32,000 bases of DNA from Pyrodictium abyssi (GCF_036323395.1 NZ_AP028907.1:2100001-2132000), one strand, 5' to 3'; shown: positions 1-8,278, counted from the first letter of the stretch. Translations and numbers: made by a program. Notes: generated by a model from the sequence alone, not told the origin.

Positions 1-191
1 CCGCAGGCGCCCATCCGGCAGCTGTAGCGGAACACGAGCGAGGGGTCGAGCCGCTGCTTGACGTAGAGCAGCGCGTCTAGCACAGTCATGCCGCGGCGGA
101 GGGGCACCCTGTACTCCTGGACCCAGGCCCGGCGCTCCTCGGGGCTATAGCGGCGCACCCGGAGCACGACCCAGCGCTCCCCACTGGCCAC
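1..191 (-). CDS. sdhB: succinate dehydrogenase/fumarate reductase iron-sulfur subunit, N-terminal part (continues beyond the window)
   Basis: Not in the ORF track because it runs off the edge. Manual minus-strand translation from GTG at 191..189 gives VASGERWVVLRVRRYSPEERRAWVQEYRVPLRRGMTVLDALLYVKQRLDPSLVFRYSCRMGACG. This is the 2Fe-2S ferredoxin-like N-terminus of SdhB/FrdB and ends in the CxxGxCG cluster motif. It starts 6 nt after the sdhD stop. Confidence 0.75.
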   Translation of the reverse strand, partial: MASGERWVVLRVRRYSPEERRAWVQEYRVPLRRGMTVLDALLYVKQRLDPSLVFRYSCRMGAC

Positions 192-197
192 GGCTCC

Positions 198-533
198 TCA
201 CCACCCTAGCGACCTGGCTAGACCGGCGGAGCCAACAGCTACGATGAGGGCTAGGAGGAGCCAGAACAGCGCCTCCACCGCAGCGCGGCCCCGCCCGCTG
301 TGCACGCGCTCGAGCAGTATGCCGCGGAGCCCGTTGAGCCCGTGGAACCCGGCTGCCAGGAGGACTAGCCAGAGCGTCCAGGGCCTCGGGGGCTGCCGGA
401 GCCAGTCAACCGGCACGTGCTCTAGGAGGTGGAGCGGCAGCGCCACGGCCAGCAGGGCGGCGGCTATGTAGCTGAGTAGCTGCCGTAGAGCCTCGAGCCT
501 CCACCCCAGCGCGGCCACGGCTCGGCTCACCAC
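198..533 (-). CDS. sdhD: succinate dehydrogenase small membrane subunit
   Basis: This is the C-terminal ~112 codons of ORF 198..791. An in-frame GTG GTG at 533/530 overlaps the sdhC stop (GTGA). The product is hydrophobic and helical, with motif [13 protein letters not shown] paralogous to [13 protein letters not shown] in sdhC. The upstream part of the 197-aa ORF is Arg/Pro-rich and overlaps sdhC in another frame, so it is treated as over-extension. Confidence 0.6.
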   Translation of the reverse strand: MVSRAVAALGWRLEALRQLLSYIAAALLAVALPLHLLEHVPVDWLRQPPRPWTLWLVLLAAGFHGLNGLRGILLERVHSGRGRAAVEALFWLLLALIVAVGSAGLARSLGW

Positions 534-970
534 GCTACGAGCATGTAGGCTGCTAGGGCGGCAGCCAGGCCCGCTAGGACGACAACAGCGTGGAGTAGCA
601 GCCGCTGCGCAGAGCGCAGGCTCGTGGACACGTAGGGTGGCCGGGGTATCCCCGGCCTGCCCAGGCCGAGGCCCAGGGCCTCGACCAGTATGAGCCTCAG
701 CCCGTTGAGCCCGTGGAACGCCGCCGCGGCGGCCACGGCGAAGCGGACCGCCTTGGAGGTTGTCAGGGCGGCTGCGGGCCAGGCTAGCCACGTGTAGCCG
801 GCGAGAGCCCCGCCCATGGTCACCGCGTGGGCCATGAAGTAGGCTAGTAGTATGAGCCCCGTAGCCCGGTGTAGCCGGTGCGCAAGCCTCTCCGGGTTAT
901 CCGGGACACGTAGCCCGGCCAATCCTCCACGCCACCCCCTATGGGCCCCCGGCCTAGTACCTCCTCTCAA
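527..970 (-). CDS. sdhC: succinate dehydrogenase cytochrome b / large membrane subunit
   Basis: ORF 527..970 has hydrophobic helices ([31 protein letters not shown]). It lies directly downstream of sdhA and overlaps it by 17 nt if the TTG at 970 is used. The start is uncertain. Confidence 0.65.
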   Translation of the reverse strand: MRGGTRPGAHRGWRGGLAGLRVPDNPERLAHRLHRATGLILLAYFMAHAVTMGGALAGYTWLAWPAAALTTSKAVRFAVAAAAAFHGLNGLRLILVEALGLGLGRPGIPRPPYVSTSLRSAQRLLLHAVVVLAGLAAALAAYMLVAW

Positions 971-2702
971 CCGGCTTCCAGGTGGTTATCCGGACCGGTG
1001 TGTAGCCCAGCTCGATCTCGCCGCTGGCGTTCATCACTGCTAGCGTGTGCTTCAGCCAGTTCTCGTCGTCGCGGCGGGGATAGTCGACGCGGTAGTGGGC
1101 GCCCCGGCTCTCGGTCCGGGCGAGCGCCGAGACGGCCACGGCCAGCGCCACGTCGAGCATGTTGGCGGTCTCGAGCACTGCCACCAGGTCGGTGTTGTAG
1201 ACCCTGCTCTTGTCGTGGGGGTAGACGTTCCTCATCGCCTCGCGTAGCTTCTTTATCCGGCGCACGGCCTCCTCGAGGCCGCTCCTGTCGCGGAAGACGT
1301 AGACGTAGCGGTCCATGGTCTCCTGTAGCCTCTCGCGGACCTCGTAGACGCTCTCCCCGCTCTCCCGCTTCAGCAGCTCGTCGTAGACACGCTTCTCCTC
1401 CCTCGAGACCCTCTCCCTGCTGGGCCCCCTGGGGGCTCCCGGGTGCTTCTCTAGGAAGCGGAGAACCTGGCGGCCCACAAGCCTCCCGCTGACGAGGCAC
1501 TCTATGGTGCTGTTCGAGCCCAGACGGTTGGCCCCGTGGATGCTCGCCGCGGCCGCCTCGCCCGCAGCCCATAGGCCGCGTACCCAACGGCCGTCGGCGG
1601 CTAGGACGCGGTAGTAGCCGTCGGTGTGTATCCCGCCCATAGTGTAGTGGGCTACGGGGCGCACCGGGAGGGGCTCCTCGACGGGGTCCACCCCGGCGTG
1701 CTTGATGGCTATCTCGCGGACCGCGGGGAGCCGCTCGCTTATCCGCTCCTCGCCTAGGTGGCGTAGGTCGAGGAGCACGTACTCTAGCCCCGTGTGCTCG
1801 TCGCGTAGCCCCCGGCCCTCCATTATCTCGGTCATGATGGCCCTCGAGACCACGTCTCGGGGCGCTAGCTCCATCCGCTCCGGCGCGTAGCGCTTCATGA
1901 AGCGCTCTCCCCTGGCGTTGACGAGGTAGCCGCCCTCGCCCCGGGCGCCCTCGGTGATCAGTATCCCGCTGGGCACCAGCCCCGTGGGGTGGAACTGTAT
2001 GAACTCCATGTCCTTGAGGGGGATCCCCTCGCGGAGCGCCATGGCGAGCCCGTCGCCGGTGCTAGAGTGGCTGTAGGTCGTGAACCTGTAGATCCGGCCC
2101 GCGCCCCCGGTGGCTATCACACCGGCCCTGGCCTTGAATACTATCATCTCGCCGCTCCGGAGGTCCAGGGCCGTGGCCCCGCGGAACCAGCCGTCCTCGA
2201 CGACTATGCTGGTCACGTAGACCTCGTCGTACCTGGTCCAGCCGTCGAAGGCCTGGAGTCTGCCGTAGAGCGTCTGCATCTCGAAGAACCCGGTCTTGTC
2301 GGCCGCGTAGCAGGCCCTCGGGAAGCTGTGGCCGCCGAAGGGCCGCTGGGCTATCCTGCCGTCGGGCCGGCGGCTCCAGGGCATGCCCCAGCGCTCTAGC
2401 AGCCGTATCTCCTCCGGCGCCAGCTTCACCATGGTCCAGACAGCGTCCTGGTCCGCGAGGAAGTCGCTGCCCTTGACCGTGTCCCAGGCGTGGAGCGCGA
2501 CGCTGTCGCCCTCCTCGGGGTAGAGCACGGCGGCCGTGCCGCCCTCTGCGGCCACGCTGTGGCTCCTCATGAGCTGGACCTTGCTGACGATAGCCACGTC
2601 TACCCTGCCGCCGCCGGGGCTCCGCTTGATCTCCAGGGCTGTCCGCAGCCCCGCGAGCCCCGAGCCTATCACGAGCACGTCGTGCTCAACTACCTCGACC
2701 AC
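954..2702 (-). CDS. sdhA: succinate dehydrogenase / fumarate reductase flavoprotein subunit
   Basis: 582-aa ORF. It has an N-terminal FAD fold ([17 protein letters not shown]), the HYTMGGI motif, RGEGG, and the C-terminal ESRGAHYR typical of SdhA/FrdA. Confidence 0.97.
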   Translation of the reverse strand: MVEVVEHDVLVIGSGLAGLRTALEIKRSPGGGRVDVAIVSKVQLMRSHSVAAEGGTAAVLYPEEGDSVALHAWDTVKGSDFLADQDAVWTMVKLAPEEIRLLERWGMPWSRRPDGRIAQRPFGGHSFPRACYAADKTGFFEMQTLYGRLQAFDGWTRYDEVYVTSIVVEDGWFRGATALDLRSGEMIVFKARAGVIATGGAGRIYRFTTYSHSSTGDGLAMALREGIPLKDMEFIQFHPTGLVPSGILITEGARGEGGYLVNARGERFMKRYAPERMELAPRDVVSRAIMTEIMEGRGLRDEHTGLEYVLLDLRHLGEERISERLPAVREIAIKHAGVDPVEEPLPVRPVAHYTMGGIHTDGYYRVLAADGRWVRGLWAAGEAAAASIHGANRLGSNSTIECLVSGRLVGRQVLRFLEKHPGAPRGPSRERVSREEKRVYDELLKRESGESVYEVRERLQETMDRYVYVFRDRSGLEEAVRRIKKLREAMRNVYPHDKSRVYNTDLVAVLETANMLDVALAVAVSALARTESRGAHYRVDYPRRDDENWLKHTLAVMNASGEIELGYTPVRITTWKPVERRY

Positions 2703-3363
2703 TGTCCCCAGTGCCTCCGAGCAGCTCCTCTAGCCTCTCCCGGACCCGGGCCATCACCTCGTCGTAGAGGTTGCGCCCCCACGTGTCTATCACCACCGTC
2801 AGGGGGCCGAAGTCGCGGACACGGAGCAGCCAGACAGCCTCGGCCATGCCCAGCTCCTCGAGCCAGTAGACAGCCTCAACCTTCTCCACAGCCTGGGCGG
2901 CTAGCACAGCTGCGCCGCCGGTGAAGACGGCGTAGACGGCGCCGTAGCGGCGGCAAGCCTCAGCGGTGCCGGGGCCCATGCCGCCCTTGCCTATCACCAT
3001 CCGGACGCCCGTGAGCCTGATGAAGTCCGGCTCTACCGGCTCCATGCGCGCGCTCGTGGTAGGCCCCGCGGCCAGTATCTCCCAGCCGCCGTCGCCCCGC
3101 CTCCGCGCCACCGGGCCCGCGTGGTAGACCGCGAGGCCCCGGGTCGGGAAGGGCAGCTCCCCGCCGCTCTCCAGGATCTCGATTATCCTGCGGTGAGCGG
3201 CGTCACGCGCCGTGAACACGAGCCCCGAGAGGTAGACGGTATCGCCGGCCTCTAGGCGGCGGACCTCGTCCCCGCTCAAAGGGGTCGAGAGCCGGTAGAC
3301 ACGGGACACGGCCACCACGCCCCCGGGAGCAGTGGCTAGATGTGCTCCGAGGTTATCCTCCAC
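2686..3363 (-). CDS. fumB: class I (Fe-S) fumarate hydratase, beta subunit
   Basis: Carries TARDAAHRR and GKGGMG motifs of the Fe-S hydro-lyase beta (C-terminal) domain. It follows the alpha subunit. The start may instead be the in-frame GTG at 3318 just after the alpha stop. It overlaps the sdhA start by 17 nt. Confidence 0.9.
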   Translation of the reverse strand: MEDNLGAHLATAPGGVVAVSRVYRLSTPLSGDEVRRLEAGDTVYLSGLVFTARDAAHRRIIEILESGGELPFPTRGLAVYHAGPVARRRGDGGWEILAAGPTTSARMEPVEPDFIRLTGVRMVIGKGGMGPGTAEACRRYGAVYAVFTGGAAVLAAQAVEKVEAVYWLEELGMAEAVWLLRVRDFGPLTVVIDTWGRNLYDEVMARVRERLEELLGGTGDSGRGS

Positions 3364-4220
3364 GAGCCGTCCGGCCCGAAGACGCCGCTGGCGCGGCGGA
3401 GCGCCCAGCAGCTAAACACCACCCCGACAGCGTAGGTCGCGGGGTGGCGGAACCCGTACTCGATGTGGAGGCCTAGCGCGGTCACCCGGCCCCCGAAGCC
3501 GTGGGGCCCCAGCCCCAGCCGGTTCACCTCCTCGAGCAGCTCCTCCTCCAGCCGCGCAGCCTCCGGATCCGGGTGCCGCGAGCCCAGGGGCCTCAGCAGC
3601 GCAGCCCGCTTAGCCAGGGCGAGAGCCTGGTCGCCCCCAGCAGCAATGCCCACGCCCACCACGAAGGGCGGGCACGGCTTAGGCCCAGCCTCGGCCACAG
3701 CCCGGAGCACCGTCTCGCGCACCGCCCGTAGCCCCCTCAGCGGCAGCGCCATAGCGAGCCGCGTCGGCGCCTCGCTCCCCCCGCCCTTCGCCACGAACAC
3801 AGCCTCCAGCCCGTCGCCGGGGACGAGCTCGACCTCCACCCAGGGCACGTAGCGGCCAGTATTGTCGCCGCTATTCACGCCCCTCAGCGGGTCCACAGCG
3901 TTAGGCCGCAGCGGCACAGCCCTGGTAGCCTCCCTCACAGCCTCAGCAGCTACGTCGTAGAGCCTGCTACGGAGCGGAAACCCGTCCCCCACCCTAAGGT
4001 AGAACAACGGCGTCCCTGTGTCCTGGCACAACGGCCTCCCAAGCCGGGCAGCAAGCCTCGCATTCTCCAGCATAGCCTCAAGCTGCCGCCTGGCCACCGG
4101 GCTATCCTCTGCCTCCAGCGCCCTCTCCAACGCCTCGTACACGTCCCGCGGGAGCCGGGTAACCGCGACACGGATAAGCTCCACAAAGAAGCCCCGCAGC
4201 CTACCCTCCAGCCCAGCCAC
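3336..4220 (-). CDS. fumA: class I (Fe-S) fumarate hydratase, alpha subunit
   Basis: 294-aa ORF with the LCQDTGTP motif and overall Fe-S hydro-lyase alpha-domain character. GTG start at 4220. It is adjacent to the sdh genes. Confidence 0.92.
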   Translation of the reverse strand: MAGLEGRLRGFFVELIRVAVTRLPRDVYEALERALEAEDSPVARRQLEAMLENARLAARLGRPLCQDTGTPLFYLRVGDGFPLRSRLYDVAAEAVREATRAVPLRPNAVDPLRGVNSGDNTGRYVPWVEVELVPGDGLEAVFVAKGGGSEAPTRLAMALPLRGLRAVRETVLRAVAEAGPKPCPPFVVGVGIAAGGDQALALAKRAALLRPLGSRHPDPEAARLEEELLEEVNRLGLGPHGFGGRVTALGLHIEYGFRHPATYAVGVVFSCWALRRASGVFGPDGSWRITSEHI

Positions 4221-4353
4221 GGCCCCGCACCAGACACGGGCAGGTCAGCGCTGGCAAACCCCTACACAGATCCCACAACAGGACCCCAAATACAGTCCCC
4301 CGCAGCAGGGGAGGACAAAACCGAGACAGCAGCCAGCCAGGGCGCCAAACCAG

Positions 4354-4746
4354 CTACACACGTCCCTCTCGGCGCCCAAGCCTCTCCTCAAGTCTCGCTC
4401 TAATGTAGCGGGCTAGCCCGAGGACCGGAGCTAGGTCGAACGGTAGGAGAAGCCCCGGGATACCCTCAGCCTCAACCCCCAGGACCACAGCCACGTAGCC
4501 GCCGCTCTCCCCGTCCAGGGGCCCCTCGCTCTCCACGTCGATGTCTACGCTGTAGTAGTACATGTCGCCCTCGCCTGCCAGGTAGTCTTCGAGCCCCCGG
4601 TAGAGCCGCGTCCTCCGGGCATAGCCCACAACCCTCCTAGCAGCCCTAACAGCCTCCTCCAGGCCAACGCCCTCCGGCACCTCTACGACGATGCCGCCCT
4701 GGACTTCCACCTGGGTGTGCGAGCGGTCGCCAGCCGGAAACACCAC
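4354..4746 (-). CDS. hypothetical protein (C-terminal frame-0 segment of the composite gene 4354..5157)
   Basis: 130-codon ORF with strong third-position GC bias. A T-run (GGTTTTG) follows the stop. No family was recognised. Confidence 0.6.
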   Translation of the reverse strand: MVFPAGDRSHTQVEVQGGIVVEVPEGVGLEEAVRAARRVVGYARRTRLYRGLEDYLAGEGDMYYYSVDIDVESEGPLDGESGGYVAVVLGVEAEGIPGLLLPFDLAPVLGLARYIRARLEERLGRREGRV

Positions 4747-5157
4747 GTCAAGGTAGAGGCTGCTAAAGGGGCCTCGTCCTCCACGGCTACGATCTCTATG
4801 GACGCGCCGTTGGCAGCGCTACAGCCCCTCCCCTGCAACTCCTCGCTTGGGACACGGCACACCACGTCCTCCACGCTCATCGTCTCAAGGAGGCCCAGGA
4901 ACCCCCTAAACACCGCGTAGTCTATGAACCCGGCCAGCAGCGCCGAGGAGGAAACCAGCCGCCCGAACACGCCGAGGCTCAGCCGCCCAGGGGCGAGACT
5001 GCTAAGGCGGCACCGGCTCCACGATACCACTCGCCGCGTAGACCAGCATCTCGACAACCTCCCTGGCCGGCCTCCCCGTCGCCCTCACCAGGCTCTCCAG
5101 AGCCCTAGCAGCCTCGCCGCCCAGCTCCGGCCGGAGCGAGCCAGCCACACACAGCAC
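4354..5157 (-). pseudogene. composite hypothetical gene readable as frame 0 / +1 / 0 (two compensating frame changes)
   Basis: Frame 0 runs from GTG 5157 (VLVLCVAGSLRPELGGEAARALESLVRATGRPAREVVEMLVYAASGIVEPVPP) and stops at TAG 5004..5002. The +1 frame (ORF 4683..5057) is open with high GC3. Frame 0 reopens at 4746. The total length of 804 nt is a multiple of 3. Confidence 0.4.
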
Positions 5158-5183
5158 CAGAACAATGTATACCCCCTGGACTC

Positions 5184-5203
5184 AGCTCTATATAGCTCTA
5201 TAT
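5184..5203 (-). promoter_or_regulatory. tandem TATA-like decamers (AGCTCTATAT x2), candidate promoter of the 4354..5157 gene
   Basis: A perfect 10-bp tandem duplication; the minus strand reads ATATAGAGCT twice. It lies about 30-45 nt upstream of the in-frame GTG at 5157, which is compatible with an archaeal TATA box and a near-leaderless transcript. Confidence 0.4.
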
Positions 5204-5513
5204 ACAGGCCCCCGGGGAAACTATAGGAACACGCCGCCATGCCCCCGAGGCAGGCAGGGCAGACAGCCCCGAGGAAGCCAGCCAGACCCTGAAGGCCTCT
5301 CCGGGCCCGGCACAGGCAAGGGTGGCCCGTCGCCCTCTGCGCAGCCGAGGAGCTGCTAGCTGGGTGTCGTGGCGGGTCGAGAACCGTAGGCTCGGGGCAA
5401 GGCGGAGCAGTGTCGACGCTGGCGCTGAGACCCGGAAGGAGCTGCAAGAGCTCCTCGACATGCTAGTGTCGAATGCTAGGGCTGGCTCTCGCCGCATATC
5501 TCCCTGGCATGTT

Positions 5514-5777
5514 TTACCCCTTCTTGGTGAGCCCGTAGCTCCTCCTGCCCGGTGCATGGCTCTTCTCCCACGCGAGGCCCATTGCCACGAGTCTCCGGAG
5601 AGCCTTGGAGGCCATGCCGCGGGCCTCGCGGGGCAGCCTCCGAGCTACCGCCTCGGGCGGTATATGGCATTTTGTTGAGGCTCCACAGAGGCTGTAGAGG
5701 GCGCAGAGCACGGCCCGGAGCATGTAGGGCGGGGGCTTCGGGGTCACACTCAACTCCCCTGGTTCTACCAGAACCAT
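5514..5777 (-). CDS. small winged-helix DNA-binding protein (putative transcriptional regulator)
   Basis: 87-aa ORF. The segment IPPEAVARRLPREARGMASKALRRLVAMGLAWEKS...GRRSYGLTKKG resembles the recognition helix plus wing of MarR/ArsR/PadR-like wHTH proteins. It is divergent from 5861..6364 across a palindrome. Confidence 0.55.
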   Translation of the reverse strand: MVLVEPGELSVTPKPPPYMLRAVLCALYSLCGASTKCHIPPEAVARRLPREARGMASKALRRLVAMGLAWEKSHAPGRRSYGLTKKG

Positions 5778-5794
5778 GTAGCTACTTAAGCCTT

Positions 5795-5823
5795 TCTGGC
5801 AGAACAGTTATAGCTCTGCCAGA
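5795..5823. promoter_or_regulatory. 9-bp perfect inverted repeat TCTGGCAGA-N11-TCTGCCAGA in a divergent promoter region
   Basis: Arms at 5795-5803 and 5815-5823. The 11-nt spacer ACAGTTATAGC contains a TATA-like TTATAG. It sits between the starts of the wHTH gene (5777, minus) and the AbrB-like gene (5861, plus). Confidence 0.5.
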
Positions 5824-5860
5824 AACACTCTTCTAGCCCCCCGGGGGAGGCGAGAGTCCC

Positions 5861-6364
5861 TTGGAGACCCTGCAGGAGGCCCGGCTCCTCGAGGAGCCCC
5901 GGGCCGGGAGGAGCGTCACCCTACTCCTCAAAGTGAGGGCGGAGAAGCAGAGGAAACGGCTACGCAACGGCGAGCCTAGAGAGTATGTGGTCTGGCGCGC
6001 CACCATCCCAAGGGAGGCCGCCGAGAAGCTGGGCCTAGACCCCGAGGCCGGCGAGGAGCTGTTGGTCGCCACGCTGGAGGTGCCAGACTGGCCCCTCCTA
6101 CTCCTCTACCACGACCCCCAGACCCGGAGGCTCTGGGACAGGCTACCCCCAGAAGCCAAGGCCAAGGCCTGCAGCCTAGGCCACGCCCCCGAGCAGCTCT
6201 GCCGCTACTATCGTACCATAACCGTGATAGCCGGCGAGGAGGAGCTAAAGCGCCTCGGCCTAGAGCCCGGCCAGCCCATAACCCTCCGGGAGCTACTAAA
6301 GCGGGCAAGAAACACAAACAACAGCAACAGCCAGGCCGCGACAAAGCAGACAAAAGGCCTCTAA
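5861..6364 (+). CDS. protein with two SpoVT/AbrB-like (swapped-hairpin) segments
   Basis: 167-aa ORF with a TTG start. Two segments match the AbrB/MazE signature (xIPxExxxxLGLxPGxxL): VVWRATIPREAAEKLGLDPEAGEELLVATLE and RTITVIAGEEELKRLGLEPGQPITLRELL. It has a polar low-complexity tail. Confidence 0.6.
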   Translation: METLQEARLLEEPRAGRSVTLLLKVRAEKQRKRLRNGEPREYVVWRATIPREAAEKLGLDPEAGEELLVATLEVPDWPLLLLYHDPQTRRLWDRLPPEAKAKACSLGHAPEQLCRYYRTITVIAGEEELKRLGLEPGQPITLRELLKRARNTNNSNSQAATKQTKGL

Positions 6365-6534
6365 CCACGCCCTCCCATAGCCCCGTAGACGAAGAAGACA
6401 AGCCACAGAGGCCAACAAAAAGCCCCCAGCTCACCGCCGAACGTCCAACCCCCGGCCCCGGGTTCGGCGAAGAACCCTGCCCGGCCGGCCAAGCCACACC
6501 AGGCGCCAAGATACAGAAACACAGCCCGCCGCAT
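6361..6534 (-). CDS. small hydrophobic protein starting at the end of the terminal degenerate CRISPR repeat
   Basis: The ATG at 6534..6532 gives MRRAVFLYLGAWCGLAGRAGFFAEPGAGGWTFGGELGAFCWPLWLVFFVYGAMGGRG (57 aa) with two hydrophobic stretches and moderate GC3 bias. The track ORF 6361..6603 extends further into the repeats. Confidence 0.35.
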   Translation of the reverse strand: MRRAVFLYLGAWCGLAGRAGFFAEPGAGGWTFGGELGAFCWPLWLVFFVYGAMGGRG

Positions 6535-6701
6535 CTCAGCGTCCTCCTGGATTCTTCGCGGCGAGGCAATGGAGATGGACTGGGAGAAGTGCAGCCATCC
6601 CAAGAAGGCTCAGTGCCATCTAGATTCTTCCCTCTACGGCTTCATATGGCTCTTACCCTGTCCACATAGTACTTGAGGTTTCAGTGTCTTCTTGATTCTT
6701 C
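6533..6701 (-). CRISPR. CRISPR fragment A: one perfect and two degenerate copies of a 24-nt repeat
   Basis: A perfect GTTTCAGTGTCTTCTTGATTCTTC lies at 6678-6701. GGCTCAGTGCCATCTAGATTCTTC at 6607-6630 has 5 mismatches. ATCTCAGCGTCCTCCTGGATTCTTC at 6533-6557 has mismatches plus a 1-nt insertion. Spacers are 49 and 47 nt. The orientation call (minus) rests on the minus-strand reading GAAGAATCAAGAAGACACTGAAAC ending in GAAAC, and on repeat decay toward 6533, taken as the trailer. Confidence 0.8.
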
Positions 6702-6966
6702 GCCCATCTCGGCAGCGGCCTCCGCGGCGCGCGGTCTATCTGCCGCGCCAGGACCCAGACGTAGCCTAGGGACTCGCGGTACTCCATAAAGCTCATAGCA
6801 CGGCCACCCCCAGGCCTATAGGCGGGTGCGCGGCGTGGCGCGTGGAAGGAAGGCTATGACGTGGAGAGAGGCTATAGACTGGGCTATACGGGAGTACCGC
6901 GAAGACCTAGACAAGCTCAGAGAATACGACCTCAAGGCCAGGAAGCCAGCCAAGGCCTAGACACCG

Positions 6967-7398
6967 CTAGCCGTGCTGGATCCTCTGGAGCCAGCGCTTC
7001 ACCTCCTCGGGGCCCCACTCTCCAGCCGCCACGCGGACGGCCACTCTCCAGACACCGCCTGGCCGAGGAGCCTTCAACGAGTTCTTACGCATGAACGCGG
7101 CTAACATGGTGGCTGCCAGCCTCTTGTTGCCGTCTCTCAGCGGATGCCTAGCTATTATCTCGTAGAAGAGCGTGGCCGCTGCAGCGAGCTTCTTCTCCCT
7201 GCACGATCCCCTCGTGAAGGCTGCGGCGAACCTAGCAGCCGACACAGCATCCTCCAGAGCCGCCCTCACGGCGACGTGTATATGGTCCTCTGGGTAGATG
7301 CGCCTAAGCCTCTCCACTGCGTAGAGAAGCGCCTCCACCGTAGGATAGTATATCCTGCACTTCCTCCTGGACCTTCTACCCTTCCTCTTCCCCGCCAC
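6967..7398 (-). CDS. doc: Doc (death-on-curing) / Fic-family toxin
   Basis: 143-aa ORF containing ARHPLRDGNKRLAATMLAAF, the Doc variant of the Fic motif (HxFxDGNKR). It overlaps the upstream 113-aa partner gene by 23 nt. An alternative in-frame GTG at 7338 would remove the Arg-rich N-terminus. Confidence 0.9.
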   Translation of the reverse strand: MAGKRKGRRSRRKCRIYYPTVEALLYAVERLRRIYPEDHIHVAVRAALEDAVSAARFAAAFTRGSCREKKLAAAATLFYEIIARHPLRDGNKRLAATMLAAFMRKNSLKAPRPGGVWRVAVRVAAGEWGPEEVKRWLQRIQHG

Positions 7399-7717
7399 CC
7401 GTCTCCACCTCTCCCGCCATCTTCTCGATCTCGGCGTCGTCTACGACGAGGCGCCTCGACTTCGCCAGGGCTGCTAGGAGCATGGCGTAGGCGTCTGGCG
7501 GCGGCCCCTCCACGACATCGGCGCGGAGCCACTCGTTCACCGCCGCGTCCGCGAACTCCTCCACCGCCTCGCGGAACTCCTCGTCATCCACGTCCACAAC
7601 TATGTCTGCCCTCTTCGCCAGGATCTCTGGCGCGTCCCCGAGAGCCCGCCTCACCCTAGCAAGCTTGGCTTGAAGAGACGCCTTGCCGAGCTTGTAGCTG
7701 AACAAGTCTATGCTCAA
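7376..7717 (-). CDS. putative antitoxin partner of Doc (acidic protein, family not recognised)
   Basis: 113-aa acidic ORF immediately upstream of doc and overlapping it. Its TTG start overlaps the stop of a small upstream hydrophobic reading frame (TTGA). The assignment rests on position only. Confidence 0.6.
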   Translation of the reverse strand: MSIDLFSYKLGKASLQAKLARVRRALGDAPEILAKRADIVVDVDDEEFREAVEEFADAAVNEWLRADVVEGPPPDAYAMLLAALAKSRRLVVDDAEIEKMAGEVETGGGEEEG

Positions 7718-7846
7718 GGCTTCCTCCCACCCCTAGCAGCTATCGCGAGGAGGATCAGGGCGAGCGCCGCGGCGCCAGCAGCCGCGTAGAGCACGGTCCT
7801 ATCGCCGTCGGTCGGGATCAGGGCCCTGGGCTTGTGCCAGGTGGTC

Positions 7847-8024
7847 GTTTCAGTGTCTTCTTGATTCTTCTTGTGAAAGGCGTAGGACACATCACGGTGC
7901 CGCCACTTATACCCGCCTCTAGTTTCAGTGTCTTCTTGATTCTTCAGAGTAGACGCTTAGCAGAACCCACCTTTTTCACCGGGACTACGGGTAAGAAAAC
8001 GTTTCAGTGTCTTCTTGATTCTTC
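7847..8024 (-). CRISPR. CRISPR fragment B: three perfect 24-nt repeats
   Basis: GTTTCAGTGTCTTCTTGATTCTTC occurs at 7847-7870, 7922-7945 and 8001-8024. Unique spacers of 51 and 55 nt separate them. The repeat and orientation are the same as in fragment A. Confidence 0.9.
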
Positions 8025-8089
8025 TCCATACGAGGAACATTCCCAGCGAGAAAACAGCCCAGGGGAGCCAGGCCGCGGCCTGCAAGGCT

Positions 8090-8278
8090 CTAGGCACCGG
8101 CCAGCGCCCTTAGCCTCTTCATGGCCTCCTGGTAGGTGATTTCCCCCTTCTCCCACCGGGCCAGTATGGCGTGCACCTTCTCACGGTTGCCGTTTCTGGC
8201 CGCCTTCTCGGCGAGCCTCATTAGGCTCATCATCCTCCTGCGCATTTCGACTACCCTAGGATGGGGCATACTCTTCAC
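8090..8278 (-). CDS. small helical protein downstream of the PIN-like gene (possible antitoxin/partner)
   Basis: 62-aa ORF (the ATG at 8269 is the more likely start) overlapping the 3' end of 8256..8696. The sequence is basic and helical (LARWEKGEITYQEAMKRLRAL). No family was recognised with confidence. Confidence 0.45.
   Translation of the reverse strand: MKSMPHPRVVEMRRRMMSLMRLAEKAARNGNREKVHAILARWEKGEITYQEAMKRLRALAGA

Noticed and set aside
941-2399. Long ORFs overlapping sdhA in other frames or on the opposite strand (941..1492 +, 967..1587 -, 1989..2399 +, and others)
   Set aside because: Their composition is Arg/Pro/Ser/Gly-rich and low-complexity. They lie entirely inside a gene with unmistakable SdhA motifs. 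Such shadow ORFs are expected in GC-rich DNA.
5976-6569. 197-aa minus-strand ORF antisense to the AbrB-like gene
   Set aside because: Its composition is Gly/Arg/Pro-rich and it has no recognisable motif. The plus-strand frame carries two AbrB-type signatures. Only the distal part in a different frame (6361..6534) was kept as a low-confidence small ORF.
6856-6960. 34-codon plus-strand ORF (MTWREAIDWAIREYREDLDKLREYDLKARKPAKA) just downstream of doc on the opposite strand
   Set aside because: It is helical and plausible-looking, but it is very short, no family was recognised and it has no clear promoter. It was left unannotated and is worth a tblastn check only.
7338-7398. Shared Arg-rich N-termini of the Doc and PIN-like ORFs (MAGKRKGRRSRRKCRIYY versus MAGRRPRRRCRYYV), considered as a possible common targeting or RNA-binding extension
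   Set aside because: Both genes have in-frame GTG codons exactly at the start of the recognisable domain (7338 for doc, 8657 for the PIN-like gene). The Arg-rich stretch in doc is the alternative-frame reading of the Glu/Gly-rich tail of the upstream gene. It is most simply longest-ORF over-extension and cannot be settled without N-terminal data.
7144-7659. 171-aa plus-strand ORF, and the 7266..7532 minus-strand ORF, overlapping doc and its partner gene
   Set aside because: Both are Pro/Arg/Ser-rich and antisense or out of frame to a gene carrying the diagnostic Doc motif, so they are treated as spurious.
7834-8139. 101-aa plus-strand ORF across CRISPR fragment B with a recurring peptide FSVFLIL
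   Set aside because: The recurring peptide is simply the translation of the 24-nt repeat. The periodicity and unique spacers indicate a CRISPR array rather than a coding repeat.
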